DNA from: a virus
Lineage: Duplodnaviria; Caudoviricetes
DNA: 53,808 nt
IMG/VR virus record: IMGVR_UViG_3300027522_000002
Location: 1-53,808 of that record
Direction: 5' to 3' (one strand)
The translations under genes and the position numbers were made by a program. The notes beneath the pieces were generated by a model. It made no database searches. It worked only from the letters and a program-made list of their open reading frames with translations, and was not told the DNA's origin. Of this stretch, positions 53,398 to 53,808 are shown piece after piece (the first letter of the stretch is position 1; the number at the start of each line of letters is the position of its first letter).

Positions 53398-53808
53398 TTA
53401 TACGCCAGTTGTAGAAACAGAACCAGCCGCAATAGAACCCGTAGGCGCATTGAAGTGGTTGTTTATACGAACGATTAATGGGATACCCGCAGCGGTAAAG
53501 TCAGCATTGTCGGGGTCATTTTGGACACCCATAATGCGTAGAGCCAATGTGTTGGTAGCTGCGATTGTGTTCAGATCCGCTGTAGCAGAAGACATGCCAG
53601 TAGAAGTAGTTCCACTGTTGCCTGTTGCAAACGCGATGTTCGCAAATACGGCAGCACGAATTTCCGTTTCAGTGTTGGCCCCAGCCACTACGTTAGACGT
53701 AGCAATTGTGAACAACTGATTTGGGTCATCATACAAAAAGGCTTTGACAGGGAATGTAGAATCCGCGCCTGATCCAGGCCAAAAATTGCCGAAGACCGTT
53801 TCACCAGT
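53398..53808 (-). CDS. 3' part of the junction-spanning capsid-associated protein
   Basis: In frame with 1-310 across the terminal overlap. Confidence 0.8.
   Translation of the reverse strand, partial: TGETVFGNFWPGSGADSTFPVKAFLYDDPNQLFTIATSNVVAGANTETEIRAAVFANIAFATGNSGTTSTGMSSATADLNTIAATNTLALRIMGVQNDPDNADFTAAGIPLIVRINNHFNAPTGSIAAGSVSTTGV
53733..53808. repeat. Terminal direct repeat, copy 2
   Basis: Identical to 1-76. Confidence 0.97.

Overview
Complete, circularly assembled genome of a tailed dsDNA phage: bases 1-76 are repeated exactly at 53733-53808, so the unit length is 53,732 bp. It is probably a podovirus-like phage of a marine alphaproteobacterium. Gene order and protein signatures recall HTVC023P/CRP-901-like phages, but that is recognition from memory, not a search result. 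The minus strand carries the late genes: capsid, scaffold, GroES, lysis cassette, portal, TerL, tail and ejection proteins. The plus strand carries early genes (14.6-23.8 kb) and a replication module (SSB, AEP primase, AlpA-like protein, UvrD helicase, Leu762-type PolA); a SNF2 helicase gene lies on the minus strand beside it. I found no integrase, tRNA or CRISPR array. Three systems stand out. (1) A translationally coupled module of muramidase, HlyC/TAAT-like acyltransferase and a 1419-aa acidic protein sits directly upstream of terL. (2) A shared hydrophobic-x-x-G-G-x-hydrophobic motif recurs in small basic proteins and ejection proteins, and one protein consists almost entirely of it. (3) Between terS and terL lies a densely patterned DNA region: a G-quadruplex-like tract, strand-polar GGCCGCAG arrays, GCGCGG embedded in all three frames of one gene, excess GATC, and a repeated TTCAAYTA leader. 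This region probably contains the physical genome end. All protein calls are motif recognition by eye and all counts are by hand.
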